A stretch of 64,000 nt of DNA from Octopus sinensis (Eukaryota). The notes under the pieces are model-generated. The model saw only the letters and a program-made list of their open reading frames with translations, was not told the origin of the DNA and searched no databases. Positions 63,321 through 64,000 of the stretch are shown here, in pieces (positions within the stretch are counted from its first letter, which is position 1; each line of letters starts with the position of its first letter). Made by a program: the position numbers and the translations under genes. The stretch covers positions 35,092,001-35,156,000 of the forward strand of contig NC_042999.1 of assembly GCF_006345805.1 (NCBI RefSeq). The letters run 5' to 3'.

Positions 63321-64000
63321 GCAAAAAGGACTGGGTCTTGTGTGGAACGAGAAACCTAGATGAAGAAATATGATTTTATACGTAAGATAATTATTGTCTG
63401 GGAACAGAATTATTGTAATTGTGAGAGAGAAAAACAGCAACCACCGAACCACATGCTTTCCAATATCCACATCTAAGTACCCTGCATGCGATCTACCGTA
63501 TTCATTCTTTTAAACCAAGTAACCTTTATACACAAGTGCATTGTTCTGTACAAATATAAGAATTTTTCATAATATAGAAATTAAATATATTTTCTACCTT
63601 TATTGTAATATTCAATAGGAAATAGAAAATCCTATCTAACAATATATTTTGCGATTAATGCAGCTCATTTCACGATAAATACTCTAAAGTGTTATCCTGA
63701 ATCTTATCTACATATTAATACAATTGCTATAATACAACTGTACCTACTTACCTTTTTTGTAACGCCTCAAACTATGGAACAAAATCGAATATATAAAACT
63801 TACGTCATTTGTGAGAATGCTGAATGATTGATAAACTATGAAATGAATTTGAAGAATAATTATGAGACGTACAATATTTATATTATTCGTAAGAGTGATT
63901 AATAAATATTTCACAATGATATGGTATAATATATTCTTCTGCTCATTTAGTGTTCTGTCGATTTTGGGATTGCTGTTATACTTGGATTGTTGTCATACTG

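Overview
This is AT-rich, microsatellite-dense eukaryotic DNA. It is most likely coleoid cephalopod (Octopus-like), inferred from the abundant tRNA-derived SINE families and their microsatellite-rich context. I recognise no intact host protein-coding gene, rRNA, true tRNA or CRISPR array, and most ORF-track entries are translations of simple repeats. The window consists mostly of layered transposon remnants: three tRNA-derived SINE families plus an RTE-tailed SINE fragment; Penelope-like element (PLE) remnants, including a Neptune-type RT plus GIY-YIG copy with an inverted pseudo-LTR; four R4/Dong-like RT-REL LINEs; RTE fragments and bipartite derivatives; one near full-length CR1-like LINE; a full-length decayed mariner; a maT-type fragment; Helitron pieces; and several TIR or hairpin MITEs. 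The main leads are: (1) a ~390-bp element with perfect 29-bp terminal inverted repeats around a near-canonical type I hammerhead ribozyme core; (2) minimal hammerhead motifs in the PLE pseudo-LTRs; (3) a CR1-like ORF1 that appears to join a Myb/SANT-like domain to tandem CCCH zinc fingers; (4) an RTE C-terminus with three C2H2 fingers; and (5) family-specific pairing of retroelements with particular microsatellites. A few low-confidence candidate host exons are also flagged. All alignments and folds were done by eye.
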